Origin: Anaerolineae bacterium
GTDB lineage: Bacteria; Chloroflexota; Anaerolineae; Anaerolineales; Anaerolineaceae
Length of the DNA stretch: 64,000 nucleotides
Direction of reading: 5' to 3'
NCBI GenBank assembly: GCA_013178095.1
Contig: JABLXK010000017.1
Coordinates: 2,475-66,474, forward strand
A model generated the notes under the pieces. That model saw only the letters and a list, made by a program, of their open reading frames with translations. It was not told the DNA's origin and searched no databases. The position numbers and the translations under genes are program-made. Shown here piece after piece: positions 29,496 through 37,899 of this stretch; within the stretch, counting starts at the first letter, position 1, and every line of letters begins with the position of its first letter.

Positions 29496-30413
29496 CTATG
29501 CGTGCTTGATTAAAAAATTATCAAAATCGTGCACGACGACGCTGTTGGGGAACACCGATTGCGCTTCTTTCTCGACGTCTTTGTCGCGGTAACGGCGCGA
29601 AATGTGGGTGATGAACAATTGCCGCACGTTGGCCTTGACTGCCAATTCAGCCGCGTCCTTTGCGGTTAAATGTGAAAACTCGCGCGCCATTTCTTCCTCC
29701 GGCTGCAGGTAGGTGCCTTCGATCACCAATCCATCGGCTTCCCTACAGTATTCAAGGATAGATTCTGTTTCGCCGGTATCGCCGACAATCACGAATTTCG
29801 TTCCGCGCTCAAAATCACCCAGCACCTGGTCCGGCTGGACTACCCGTCCATCCGGCAGGGTGGTGGGTTGGCCGTTGGCCAAATCCCGCCGCCAGGGCCC
29901 TTGAGGGATTTGCAGGTTTTCAGCAGCATCTGCTAAAAAGGGGCGTTTGCCCTGTTCCTCGAAGATAAAACCGAAACAGTCCGGACCGCGGTGGTTGACC
30001 GGGAAAGCGCTGACGGTCAGCCCCTTTTCTTCAATGATTACGCCTGTTTCGATCGGGATCAGCTTGATAGGGAAAGGCGGCCGTGCGCCGCGAATGACCA
30101 CGCGGAAAAGCAGGTCTTCGATACGTTCCAGCGCGCTCTTGCCGGCGTAGATCTCCAGCTCTTCCATGGCTTCCCAGCGCAGGTAGGTAGATACCAGCCC
30201 GCCGATGCCCAGGATATGATCCAGGTGGCTGTGAGTGACCAGCAGGCGGTTCAACTTGCGGAAACCCAGCCCGGAGCGCAGAATTTGGCGCTGCGTCCCT
30301 TCGCCGCAATCCACCAGGAAGCGGTGTTCATTGTGAATGACGACTTGAGCGGGCAGCCCGCGTTGAACGGAGGGAGCGGAAGCGGAGGTGCCCAGGAAAA
30401 AAAGTTCGAACAA
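29496..30413 (-). CDS. rnz: Ribonuclease Z (tRNA 3' endonuclease)
   Basis: FLGTSASAPSVQRGLPA ... LVDCGEGTQRQ ... LLVTHSHLDHILGIGGL (HxHxDH) ... FITHISRRY. Confidence 0.92.
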   Translation of the reverse strand: MFELFFLGTSASAPSVQRGLPAQVVIHNEHRFLVDCGEGTQRQILRSGLGFRKLNRLLVTHSHLDHILGIGGLVSTYLRWEAMEELEIYAGKSALERIEDLLFRVVIRGARPPFPIKLIPIETGVIIEEKGLTVSAFPVNHRGPDCFGFIFEEQGKRPFLADAAENLQIPQGPWRRDLANGQPTTLPDGRVVQPDQVLGDFERGTKFVIVGDTGETESILEYCREADGLVIEGTYLQPEEEMAREFSHLTAKDAAELAVKANVRQLFITHISRRYRDKDVEKEAQSVFPNSVVVHDFDNFLIKHA

Positions 30414-30618
30414 CGAAGATGAATCCTTTCAATAAAAGTGATTTATTGTACCTTATGGTTGCCTGATTTGGTTTGCCTGAAAATTCAATAAGAAAGCGCA
30501 AAATGCTTAAAAATATGTGATTTAATTATCAAAATAAAGAATATTGGCATAACGAGAACGGCTCAAGACCGTTAAATATGATATTTTTTGAAAAATGCCG
30601 GCATTTTCCTGTTCTCGT

Positions 30619-30637
30619 TATACAATTGAATTGTATA
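30619..30637. promoter_or_regulatory. Perfect 9-1-9 palindrome overlapping a -10 box (candidate operator)
   Basis: TATACAATT-G-AATTGTATA. TATAAT at 30634-30639. 16 nt upstream of ATG 30654. Confidence 0.35.
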
Positions 30638-30653
30638 ATTTTAGGAGCAGGCC

Positions 30654-31139
30654 ATGGATATTAAAACAGTCGTCATCGAAAAACCTGAATCCATCAATTT
30701 CATCTTCGGCCAGTCGCATTTTATTAAAACAGTCGAGGATGTCCATGAAGCGCTGGTCAATACCGTCCCGGGCATCAAATTCGGGGTGGCATTTTGCGAA
30801 GCTTCCGGTAAGTGCCTGGTGCGCTGGTCCGGAACGGACGAGGCTATGATTGAGCTGGCGAAGAAGAACGCCTATGCAGTAGGCGCCGGGCATAGCTTTT
30901 TTGTCTTTCTGGGGGAAGGTTTTTTCCCATTGAACGTGCTTAATACTCTCAAGAATGTTCCCGAAATTTGCCACATATTCTGCGCCACGGCCAACCCTGT
31001 CCAGGTGATCGTTGCCGACCTGGGCGGAAGCCGCGCCGTGCTGGGGGTGGCAGATGGGGAGCAGCCTAAAGGTATTGAAGGCGACGAGGATATTGCCTGG
31101 CGCAAGAACTTCCTACGCCAGATTGGATATAAAGCTTAA
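30654..31139 (+). CDS. Adenosine-specific-kinase family (Pfam Adenosine_kin/DUF355-like) protein
   Basis: About 160 aa. FGQSHFIKTVEDVHEALV...PGIKFGVAF ... AGHSFFVFL ... NVPEICHIFCATANP pattern, as I recall it for this family. Confidence 0.7.
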   Translation: MDIKTVVIEKPESINFIFGQSHFIKTVEDVHEALVNTVPGIKFGVAFCEASGKCLVRWSGTDEAMIELAKKNAYAVGAGHSFFVFLGEGFFPLNVLNTLKNVPEICHIFCATANPVQVIVADLGGSRAVLGVADGEQPKGIEGDEDIAWRKNFLRQIGYKA

Positions 31140-31167
31140 CAGGTTTTAGGAGAGAGGAGATCAAAAA

Positions 31168-32103
31168 ATGAACAAGAAAATTGCCCTGATATCATTGCTT
31201 TTGATCGGAGTTTTGGCAAGCTGCAGCGTGATCCCGCAATTCCAGCAGGCGCGCGAACAGTATGTAGAGACGCGCACGGCGGAGTTATTGGCGGAAATGC
31301 CCACCACTGAACCGCTGCCAACCGAGGTGGTGGAAGCCACTCCCAAGGTAGAACCGACCGTTGAACCAACCGCGGAGGTTACCGAAGAAGCGACAGAAGA
31401 ACCTACCGAGGAGGCGACTGTGGAAGCCACTGAAGAAGTGACTGCGACAGCCACCGAGGAAGGCGGCGAAGTTGATGCTGAATCGAAAGCCATGACCCAA
31501 TCCTACGATCCCAAGGTCTACCTGGGCGACGCTTCCTGGTCGGATAACATGACCGCCGTGGGCAACTGGCCGCTGGGCACCGATTTAAGCGCCGCCACTT
31601 ATGACAGCGAAACCCTGATGATCACCTCTCTTTCCGACAAGTTTGCCTGGCGCATTGCCACCACGGAAGCTCTTGGCGATGCTTATATTGAAGCCACTTT
31701 CAAAGTCGGCGAGTGCGCCGGCGCTGACAGCTACGGCATCATCTTCCGCGTCCCGGAGAACACCGGTTATAACCGCGGTTACCTCTACGGCATCACTTGC
31801 GATGGCAAGTATTCATTACGCAGTTGGGACGGCATGACCGGCGCCAGCGGTGTGATGACCTGGCTGCAGCAAGCCACCGAGAGCAGCCTGATCAAGTCCG
31901 GCAAGAACCAGACCAACCGCCTGGGAATCATGGCTGTCGGCGACCGTTTGATCATGTACATCAACGGCGAAAAGGTCGGCGAGGTCAGCGATAATATGTA
32001 TTCCTCAGGTTTCTTCGGCATCTTCATCAAACGCGACAAAACCCAGGACCTGACCATCAAGGTGGACGATGTCGGCTACTGGAAGAATCCGACCGTGAAA
32101 TAA
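31168..32103 (+). CDS. Lipoprotein with Thr/Glu/Pro-rich linker and C-terminal concanavalin-like (DUF1080/LamG-like) domain
   Basis: Lipobox LIGVLASC. Low-complexity EPTVEPTAEVTEEATEEPTEEATVEATEEVTATATEE. C-terminal YGIIFRV ... RLGIMAVGDRLIMYINGEKVG ... GFFGIFI. Confidence 0.65.
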   Translation: MNKKIALISLLLIGVLASCSVIPQFQQAREQYVETRTAELLAEMPTTEPLPTEVVEATPKVEPTVEPTAEVTEEATEEPTEEATVEATEEVTATATEEGGEVDAESKAMTQSYDPKVYLGDASWSDNMTAVGNWPLGTDLSAATYDSETLMITSLSDKFAWRIATTEALGDAYIEATFKVGECAGADSYGIIFRVPENTGYNRGYLYGITCDGKYSLRSWDGMTGASGVMTWLQQATESSLIKSGKNQTNRLGIMAVGDRLIMYINGEKVGEVSDNMYSSGFFGIFIKRDKTQDLTIKVDDVGYWKNPTVK

Positions 32104-32117
32104 GAATTGGATGCAAA

Positions 32118-32145
32118 ATCCCGCTCAACCGAGCGGGATTTTTTG
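32118..32145 (+). terminator. Rho-independent terminator
   Basis: ATCCCGCTC-AACC-GAGCGGGAT followed by T6. Confidence 0.8.
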
Positions 32146-32149
32146 TAAT

Positions 32150-32627
32150 CTAAATTAAAGGGCGGAATTCCAACCCCGCCGTTTATTGAGCATAGTAGTA
32201 AAGCGGGATTCCACCTGTACTCAGTATTATTGAGTAATCCCGCCACTTTTTTAAGCATAGAGCAGGTATTCACCTGCATCCCGCAGGGGTGTGCCTGTGA
32301 ATTGCGTATATGGATTAACTCAAAGTGGCGCATAAGAATATGAGCCCTATATTTTTTCGAGTGGGTGGATTCCACGCTACTCAGTATTATTAAGTATTCC
32401 CGCAGTTTTGTCTTCGCGAACTCTGCTATGCAGGGTGTGGCGATCTCGTTTTTTAAAGTATCGTTCTAATGAACCCTGTGCCTTCCCTTAGGAGATATTA
32501 TGAGAGATATTACGCAATCAATAAGGTCAGAAAGCACAGCATATATGGAATGACTCAAAGTGGCGCATAAGAAAATGCGCCCTACTTCTCTTATGTTTCT
32601 CTTTATTTACCTGGTGCTTTAGTCTAT
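32150..32627. repeat. Repeat-rich non-coding spacer (two module types, each present twice)
   Basis: GGATTCCAC..TACTCAGTATTATT(G/A)AGTA(A/T)TCCCGC at 32202-32244 and 32361-32403. ATATGGA(T/A)T(A/G)ACTCAAAGTGGCGCATAAGAA(T/A)ATG(A/C)GCCCTA at 32307-32350 and 32541-32585. Confidence 0.7.
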
Positions 32628-33116
32628 TTACTTAAACGCTTCGTCCGGATAAACCTTCCAGCCCATCTCTTCCAGGCTGCTCATATCCATGCGATCCTGC
32701 GGAACATTGACGAGCAGGGTGCTGCCCTCCGCCAGCAGTTCGCCGCTTTGCGCGTCGTAGATGCCCGCCCAGGCCTCCGCGCTGTGCCCGCGGTCTTTCA
32801 AGGCTTTTCCCACAATGCGCAGCGGCCGGCCGATCGGCACGTTCTTGCGGTATTTGACTTCGATCCTGGCGGTGAACATAAAACGGGTCTGTTCGGCTGT
32901 GCCCATCAGGCTGCGCCCGCTGACCTCGTCGATGATGGTGGCAATGATCCCGCCATGCAGCACACCGGGATAGCCCTGAAAATGTTCAGGGGCGGTATAA
33001 GCGGTTTCCACCACGCCGGGTTCGGTTTCGTAAATGCGCAGCTTCAACCCCACTGGGTTTTCCAGCCCGCAGATGAAGCACATTTTTGAATTCGGTTGCG
33101 GTTTTTTCTCTGCCAT
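32628..33116 (-). CDS. PaaI/hotdog-fold acyl-CoA thioesterase
   Basis: PGVLHGGIIATIIDEVSG motif, about 160 aa. Confidence 0.8.
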   Translation of the reverse strand: MAEKKPQPNSKMCFICGLENPVGLKLRIYETEPGVVETAYTAPEHFQGYPGVLHGGIIATIIDEVSGRSLMGTAEQTRFMFTARIEVKYRKNVPIGRPLRIVGKALKDRGHSAEAWAGIYDAQSGELLAEGSTLLVNVPQDRMDMSSLEEMGWKVYPDEAFK

Positions 33117-33224
33117 GTTTTAAATCTCCGTGGATTTTAAGATGATATTTCCTATCATAAAGCCGAAATGGTAAACCCAAATAGTTTAACCTTGGTTCCA
33201 ATAATCTAGGTTGTGACGCCGAAT

Positions 33225-33264
33225 TGTCATTGCGAAGCCCGCGCCAGCGGGCTGTGGCAATCTC
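33225..33264. repeat. REP-like element of the GYGGCRATCTC family
   Basis: TGTCATTGCGAAGCCCGCGCCAGCGGGCTGTGGCAATCTC. Related ends at 32435-32447, 46395-46411, 46481-46498, 49871-49890 and 63940-63957. Confidence 0.55.
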
Positions 33265-33287
33265 AATCCTTGAGTAAGCCTATTTTG

Positions 33288-33346
33288 TTAACCACAGATG
33301 CATGCAGATTGAATAAATAGAAGTATCTGCGTTTATCTGTGGTTAA
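33288..33346. repeat. Inverted repeat of the CCACAGAT family
   Basis: TTAACCACAGAT (33288-33299) and ATCTGTGGTTAA (33335-33346), 12 bp perfect. Overlaps the stop of the 33343.. gene. Confidence 0.55.
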
Positions 33347-34038
33347 TGTATTTCTTTCACTACCTCAATCCCATTTAAGGCCATATGATACAAAAACACC
33401 TGATGTAGCAAATCCCCCGGATGCGGCATGGCGCCGATCTTTCTGGCGGTATCCAACGGCAAATCATAGGTACCCACGCAGTTCTCCGGCACGATCACGC
33501 GCCAGGGCAGGTGATAAGCGTTGGCTTTACCGCGCAGGTGCATGGCCAGTAAATAAGCGCAGATATCGGTACAGTCGCCCACTATGATGAAGGTATCCAC
33601 TTGCGGGCGCTCCGCCAGCCAGGCGTCCAGGCCGGAGTTCTCGCCGGGCACGACTGCATTCTTGGTCAGGATGGTCATTTGGTCGTAAAACGGCAGCGCC
33701 TTGATCTCATCCACCGCTTCGGCTTCCGGGGTGCCGCAAACGGCGTGCGGGGCAAAGGCGCCGAACTCCAGCGCGTCCGGCCGGTGGCAATCCTGCAGCA
33801 GCGCGAAGTGGCGCACGCCGGCTTCCCAGGCGCTGCGCATCAATGCGGTGGCGGGCGCGATCAAAGCCGCCGCGCACGGGCTGGCCAGGTTGCCCTCTTT
33901 GCAGAAGGCGTTGGTCAGATCGACCGAAAGCAGCGCGGTTTTTTCCGGTTGGGCGAACAAATCCCCGGCAGCCAGCGAAGGGAGGTCCGCCAGCCACGTA
34001 TCCAGGTAATTGAGAAATTCATTTTCTGAAACAGTCAT
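33343..34038 (-). CDS. Isochorismatase-family cysteine hydrolase
   Basis: ALLSVDLTNAFC ... TFIIVGDCTDICAYLLAMHL (catalytic Cys context). ATG 34038 with AGGAAG RBS preferred over the listed 34095. Confidence 0.8.
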   Translation of the reverse strand: MTVSENEFLNYLDTWLADLPSLAAGDLFAQPEKTALLSVDLTNAFCKEGNLASPCAAALIAPATALMRSAWEAGVRHFALLQDCHRPDALEFGAFAPHAVCGTPEAEAVDEIKALPFYDQMTILTKNAVVPGENSGLDAWLAERPQVDTFIIVGDCTDICAYLLAMHLRGKANAYHLPWRVIVPENCVGTYDLPLDTARKIGAMPHPGDLLHQVFLYHMALNGIEVVKEIH

Positions 34039-34170
34039 AGATCTTCCTGAAAAGTTTTCCCCTATCATACCCCAAAGGAGCAAAATCATCGGCAAATCGG
34101 CGCGCTGGTTTTGCCTATGTTAAAATGGACAAGGATTGAAAATGCGCAATCCAGGGAAGAGCGGCAATCA

Positions 34171-35016
34171 ATGGATCATCAGATCATCTTCGGCGATAAC
34201 CTCACCATCCTCGGGAAGCTCCCGGATGCTTCCGTTTCCCTGGTTTACATCGACCCGCCCTTCAACACGGGCCGCACCCAATCGCGCAAGCGCATCCGCA
34301 CCGTGTCTTCGGAAAACGGCGACCGGGTGGGTTTTCAGGGCAAACGCTACGAAACCCAGGTGGTGGGGGTGAAGGGCTATCGCGATATTTACGACGATTA
34401 CCTGGCTTTCCTGGAACCGCGCCTGCGCGAAGCCCGGCGACTGCTGACCCCCACCGGCAGCCTGTACTTCCACATTGACTTCCGCGAAGTGCACTACTGC
34501 AAGATTCTTTTGGACGAAATATTCGGGCGCGAGAGCTTTATCAACGAGATCATCTGGGCTTACGATTACGGCGCGCGCACGCGCAAACGCTGGCCGCCCA
34601 AACACGATAATATCCTGTGGTATGCCAAAGATCCGCAGAATTACGTCTTTAATTACGAAGAGATCGAGCGCATCCCTTACATGGCGCCCGGCCTGGTGGG
34701 CAAGGAGAAAGCCGCGCGCGGCAAGCTGCCCACCGACACCTGGTGGCACACCATCGTGGCTACGAATAGCAAAGAAAAGACTGGCTACCCAACCCAGAAA
34801 CCGCTGGCCATCCTGCGGCGCATCGTGCAGGCTTCTTCCAATCCGGGCGATACCGTGCTGGATTTTTTCGCCGGCTCCGGCACCACCGGTGCGGCCTGCC
34901 TCGAAATGAACCGCCGCTTCATTCTGGTGGACAATAATCCCCAGGCCATGGAAGTCATGGCGGAGCGTTTTAAAAACGTACCCGACATCCAATGGGTTGG
35001 CTTTTCCCCCGCATAA
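34171..35016 (+). CDS. Site-specific DNA methyltransferase (N6-adenine/N4-cytosine, beta class), apparently solitary
   Basis: Motif IV LVYIDPPFNTG precedes motif I DTVLDFFAGSGTTGAA (beta-class order). HPTQKP-like YPTQKPLAIL. No endonuclease-like neighbour. The start could instead be the listed TTG 34111. Confidence 0.85.
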   Translation: MDHQIIFGDNLTILGKLPDASVSLVYIDPPFNTGRTQSRKRIRTVSSENGDRVGFQGKRYETQVVGVKGYRDIYDDYLAFLEPRLREARRLLTPTGSLYFHIDFREVHYCKILLDEIFGRESFINEIIWAYDYGARTRKRWPPKHDNILWYAKDPQNYVFNYEEIERIPYMAPGLVGKEKAARGKLPTDTWWHTIVATNSKEKTGYPTQKPLAILRRIVQASSNPGDTVLDFFAGSGTTGAACLEMNRRFILVDNNPQAMEVMAERFKNVPDIQWVGFSPA

Positions 35017-35021
35017 AATAA

Positions 35022-35498
35022 TTACGAAGGGCTTGCGATGGGGGCGAAGCGCACGTTGACCAGTTTGGCCAGGTCTTTGGGGCTGAGGCGGATTTGCAAA
35101 CCCCACTGCCCGGCAGAGACCAGCACCGCGTCCAAATCCTGGGCGGAAGCGTCGATCACCACCTGAAAACCCTTGTTGATCAACGCCAGCGGCGAGATGC
35201 CGCCGGCCTGCAAGCCGGTCAGCGCTTCGGCTTCGGCCTGCGTGGTGACGTGCACCTTTTTTTCATTCAGGCAGGCTGCCAGCGCTTTATTGTCTACCTC
35301 GCCGGTGGCGGGCACCAGCGCCAGGATGGGCTTGCCGGCTTTCTCGCGTTTGGCCACGATAGTCTTGAACACCGTGGCGGGCGGTACCTTCAGGATTTCC
35401 GCCACCTCCAGCGCGCTCAATTTTTGCACGGGCACGTCCAGGGCGGTGAAAGCCACCTTGCGGGCTTCCAGCATGCGGGTGACGTTATTGGTTGTCAT
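35022..35498 (-). CDS. ybaK: Cys-tRNA(Pro)/Cys-tRNA(Cys) deacylase YbaK
   Basis: Co-linear with E. coli YbaK as I recall it (VFKTIV ... TGLQAGGISPL ... VIDASAQ ... VSAGQWGLQIRLSPKDLAKL). Confidence 0.88.
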   Translation of the reverse strand: MTTNNVTRMLEARKVAFTALDVPVQKLSALEVAEILKVPPATVFKTIVAKREKAGKPILALVPATGEVDNKALAACLNEKKVHVTTQAEAEALTGLQAGGISPLALINKGFQVVIDASAQDLDAVLVSAGQWGLQIRLSPKDLAKLVNVRFAPIASPS

Positions 35499-35507
35499 TT
35501 TGGAACC

Positions 35508-36056
35508 TCAATTGCTTAAAGCATTTCCGGCCGCGGCCGCGTCGGCCTGGTAGAGCGCCATCAGGTAAAAGCCCAGAGATGCCATCAGGGAAAATTCCTG
35601 GTTGGTGATGCGGCTGCTCTCGATCTTCACGCGGCTTTCCAGTTTGGCGAACTCGCTCATGCGGCGTTCCTCGCTGCCCTGGTCAAAACGCATAATGGGT
35701 GAACCGTTTTTATCAGTGAAGCGCCATTGCGTGCGCCAGAAGTTGACCGGTTCCCAGGCGAACGGGCGGCCGTCCAGCAGCTGCAGCGTGCCGCCGCCGA
35801 AGACCTTGGGAAAATACAGCGCGTAATCGCTCTCCGCTCCCGGATGGCGGATGGTGACGTGCGGGTTCATGAATCCCATGCGTTTGAAGGACCAATCCTG
35901 GATGGGATTTTTGGCAGCCGCCAGGGTGCCCCACAGGCTGCGGAATTCCAGCGACCCAAAGGCCTGCTCCCCGCGGAACAGTTCGAAATAGCGTGCGCCG
36001 GTTTTGGGTTGTCGCCAATAGAGTTCATCCCCGGCTTGGGTGGCAAATTCCTGCAT
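35508..36056 (-). CDS. Hypothetical protein
   Basis: 183-aa ORF from MQEFATQ. No motif recognised. The listed 36101 start would overlap the lipA 3' end. Confidence 0.5.
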   Translation of the reverse strand: MQEFATQAGDELYWRQPKTGARYFELFRGEQAFGSLEFRSLWGTLAAAKNPIQDWSFKRMGFMNPHVTIRHPGAESDYALYFPKVFGGGTLQLLDGRPFAWEPVNFWRTQWRFTDKNGSPIMRFDQGSEERRMSEFAKLESRVKIESSRITNQEFSLMASLGFYLMALYQADAAAAGNALSN

Positions 36057-36087
36057 ATTTCCCTCGTTGCGTACGAAATTAATTAAG

Positions 36088-37020
36088 TTAGTTTTCGGCA
36101 TTGCGGTGCATGCTGCTCAGGGCGCGCACCTGAGCAGCCGCGTGGTAGGAGGAGCGCACCAGCGGCAGGCTCTCCACCCAGCGGAAACCGATCTCCAGCC
36201 CAAAGCGTTTCAGTTCGGCGAATTCCTCCAGTGTGTAATAGCGTTCGATCGGCAGGTGCTTGCGGCTGGGCTGCAAATATTGCCCGATGGTGAGGATATC
36301 CACATTCCATTCGCGCAGCAGGCGCATGACCTCGCGCAGCTCGTCCATTGTTTCACCCAGCCCGACCATCAGGCCGGACTTGGTGAGCACTTCATTATCC
36401 AGTTCTTTCGCGCCGGTCAGCACGGCTCGCGACCATTCCAGCCGGTCGGAGGGTTGCACGCGCGCGAACAGGCGCGGCACGGTTTCCAGGTTGTGGTTGA
36501 GGATCTCGGGGTGCGCGTCCATGACGATCTTCAGCGCTTCAGGATCGCCGCGGAGATCCGGGATAAGCACCTCCACCGAACAGCCCGGCTGCAGCGCGCG
36601 GATGCGCCGAATGACGGCCGCGAAAATGCGCGCGCCGCCCAGGTTGTCGTCATCGCGGTCCACGCTGGTGATGACGGCGTGCCGGAGCCCCATGGCTTTG
36701 ACCGCCTGAGCCACGCGCTCGGGTTCTTCCGCGTCGATGGCGCCCGGCCGGCCGTGCTTGATGTCGCAAAAGCCGCAGCGGCGCGTGCACACGTCGCCCA
36801 GGATCAGGAAGGTAGCCGTGCCGCTGCCCCAGCATTCGCCCATGTTCGGGCAGCCGGCTTCTTCGCACACGGTGTGCAGTTCCTTGCTGCGCATCATGCC
36901 CTTCAACTGGTCGTAGGTTTCACCGGAGGGCGCGCGCACCTTGATCCAGTCCGGCCTGCGCCGGGGTGTGGTGTCAATTTCGGCGGGATTGACCCGCTCG
37001 CGGGTGGGTGCTTTGCTCAT
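36088..37020 (-). CDS. lipA: Lipoyl synthase
   Basis: [12 protein letters not shown] and radical-SAM CTRRCGFC clusters. C-terminal RSSYHA. Confidence 0.95.
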   Translation of the reverse strand: MSKAPTRERVNPAEIDTTPRRRPDWIKVRAPSGETYDQLKGMMRSKELHTVCEEAGCPNMGECWGSGTATFLILGDVCTRRCGFCDIKHGRPGAIDAEEPERVAQAVKAMGLRHAVITSVDRDDDNLGGARIFAAVIRRIRALQPGCSVEVLIPDLRGDPEALKIVMDAHPEILNHNLETVPRLFARVQPSDRLEWSRAVLTGAKELDNEVLTKSGLMVGLGETMDELREVMRLLREWNVDILTIGQYLQPSRKHLPIERYYTLEEFAELKRFGLEIGFRWVESLPLVRSSYHAAAQVRALSSMHRNAEN

Positions 37021-37069
37021 GGTTAGTTTGCTCCGGAGGGAATTATACATGCAGGCAAGGTGGAAAAGA

Positions 37070-37101
37070 ATCTGTGTTCATCCGTGTTTATCTGTGGTTA
37101 A
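37070..37101. repeat. REP-like element of the CCACAGAT family
   Basis: ATCTGTGTTCATCCGTGTTTATCTGTGGTTAA in the lipA/rsmI divergent spacer. The same family occurs at 33288-33346, 46421-46447 and 46499-46510. Confidence 0.5.
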
Positions 37102-37109
37102 ATTGGTTT

Positions 37110-37781
37110 ATGCTTTATATCGTAGCCACCCCCATCGGCAATTTGGGCGACATCAGCCTGCGCGCGCTGGAAACCCTGCGCGCGGTGGACGTGGTCGCCA
37201 GCGAAGACACGCGCAAGACCGGCATCATGCTCAAACATTTCGAGATCAGCAAACCGCAGGTCTCTTTTTACGAACAGAACGAGCACAAGCACCTGCCCAG
37301 GCTGATCGGTATGCTGAAAGAGGGCAGAGACGTGGCGCTGGTCAGCAACGCCGGCACACCCGGTGTATCCGACCCCGGCTTCACGCTGGTGCGCGCCGCG
37401 CTGGCGGAGGGCATCGCGGTCACGGCTGTGCCCGGGCCCAGCGCGCTGATCATGGCGCTGGTGCTTTCCGGCTTGCCGGTGCACGCTTTCACCTTCCGCG
37501 GTTTCCCACCGCGCAAGTCCGGCGCGCGCCGCAACTTCCTGGCAATCGACCAGGCCTCGCCGCATACACTGATCTTTTACGAAAGCCCCTACCGGCTGGT
37601 GGATTTCCTCAAGGATGCCCTGGCTGTGTATGGCGACCGGCCGGCCGCGGTGGCCAACGACCTGACCAAGAAATTCGAGGCCATCACGCGCGGCCCGCTT
37701 TCCGAGCTGATCGAGCGTTTTGGCAAGGAGGAGAAGCTGTTGGGGGAGTACACAGTGGTAATTGGGGGACGGGACGACTGA
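37110..37781 (+). CDS. rsmI: 16S rRNA (cytidine1402-2'-O)-methyltransferase RsmI
   Basis: [34 protein letters not shown], tetrapyrrole-methylase-fold signature of RsmI. Confidence 0.9.
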   Translation: MLYIVATPIGNLGDISLRALETLRAVDVVASEDTRKTGIMLKHFEISKPQVSFYEQNEHKHLPRLIGMLKEGRDVALVSNAGTPGVSDPGFTLVRAALAEGIAVTAVPGPSALIMALVLSGLPVHAFTFRGFPPRKSGARRNFLAIDQASPHTLIFYESPYRLVDFLKDALAVYGDRPAAVANDLTKKFEAITRGPLSELIERFGKEEKLLGEYTVVIGGRDD

Positions 37782-37818
37782 ATTCGTCTCTACTATTGGA
37801 AAAAAAAAAGGCCGCTGC

Positions 37819-37872
37819 CTGAGCTTGTCGAAGGCGAGGCCTTTTCCAAAGCGTTGGCTTCGACAAGCTCAG
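37819..37872. repeat. 15-bp perfect inverted repeat (REP-like hairpin / terminator) after an A10 run
   Basis: CTGAGCTTGTCGAAG (37819-37833) and CTTCGACAAGCTCAG (37858-37872), between convergent rsmI and yhhQ. Confidence 0.55.
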
Positions 37873-37899
37873 CCAACGAAAATATGAATAATGCCAAAT

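Noticed and set aside
36040-37026. 328-aa plus-strand ORF antisense to lipA. Similar long antisense or alternative-frame ORFs: 46567..47880, 50136..51326, 8622..9842, 34168..35106, 25441..26331, 14935..15957, 52424..53260, 62732..63589, 63073..63831, 43523..44236, 41508..42110.
   Set aside because: Each lies opposite, or out of frame with, a gene that has unmistakable conserved motifs. Their translations are Arg/Ala/Gly/His-rich low-information sequences typical of stop-poor antisense frames in GC-rich DNA, and there are no RBSs.
36941-37822. 293-aa ORF in an alternative frame over rsmI. Also 37793..38506 over yhhQ, 45738..46412 over the membrane-protein gene, and 41477..42097 and 40678..41148 over rsmF.
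   Set aside because: The overlapping frames with recognisable family motifs (RsmI, YhhQ, RsmF) explain the region. The alternative frames are Arg/Pro/Gly-rich with no motifs.
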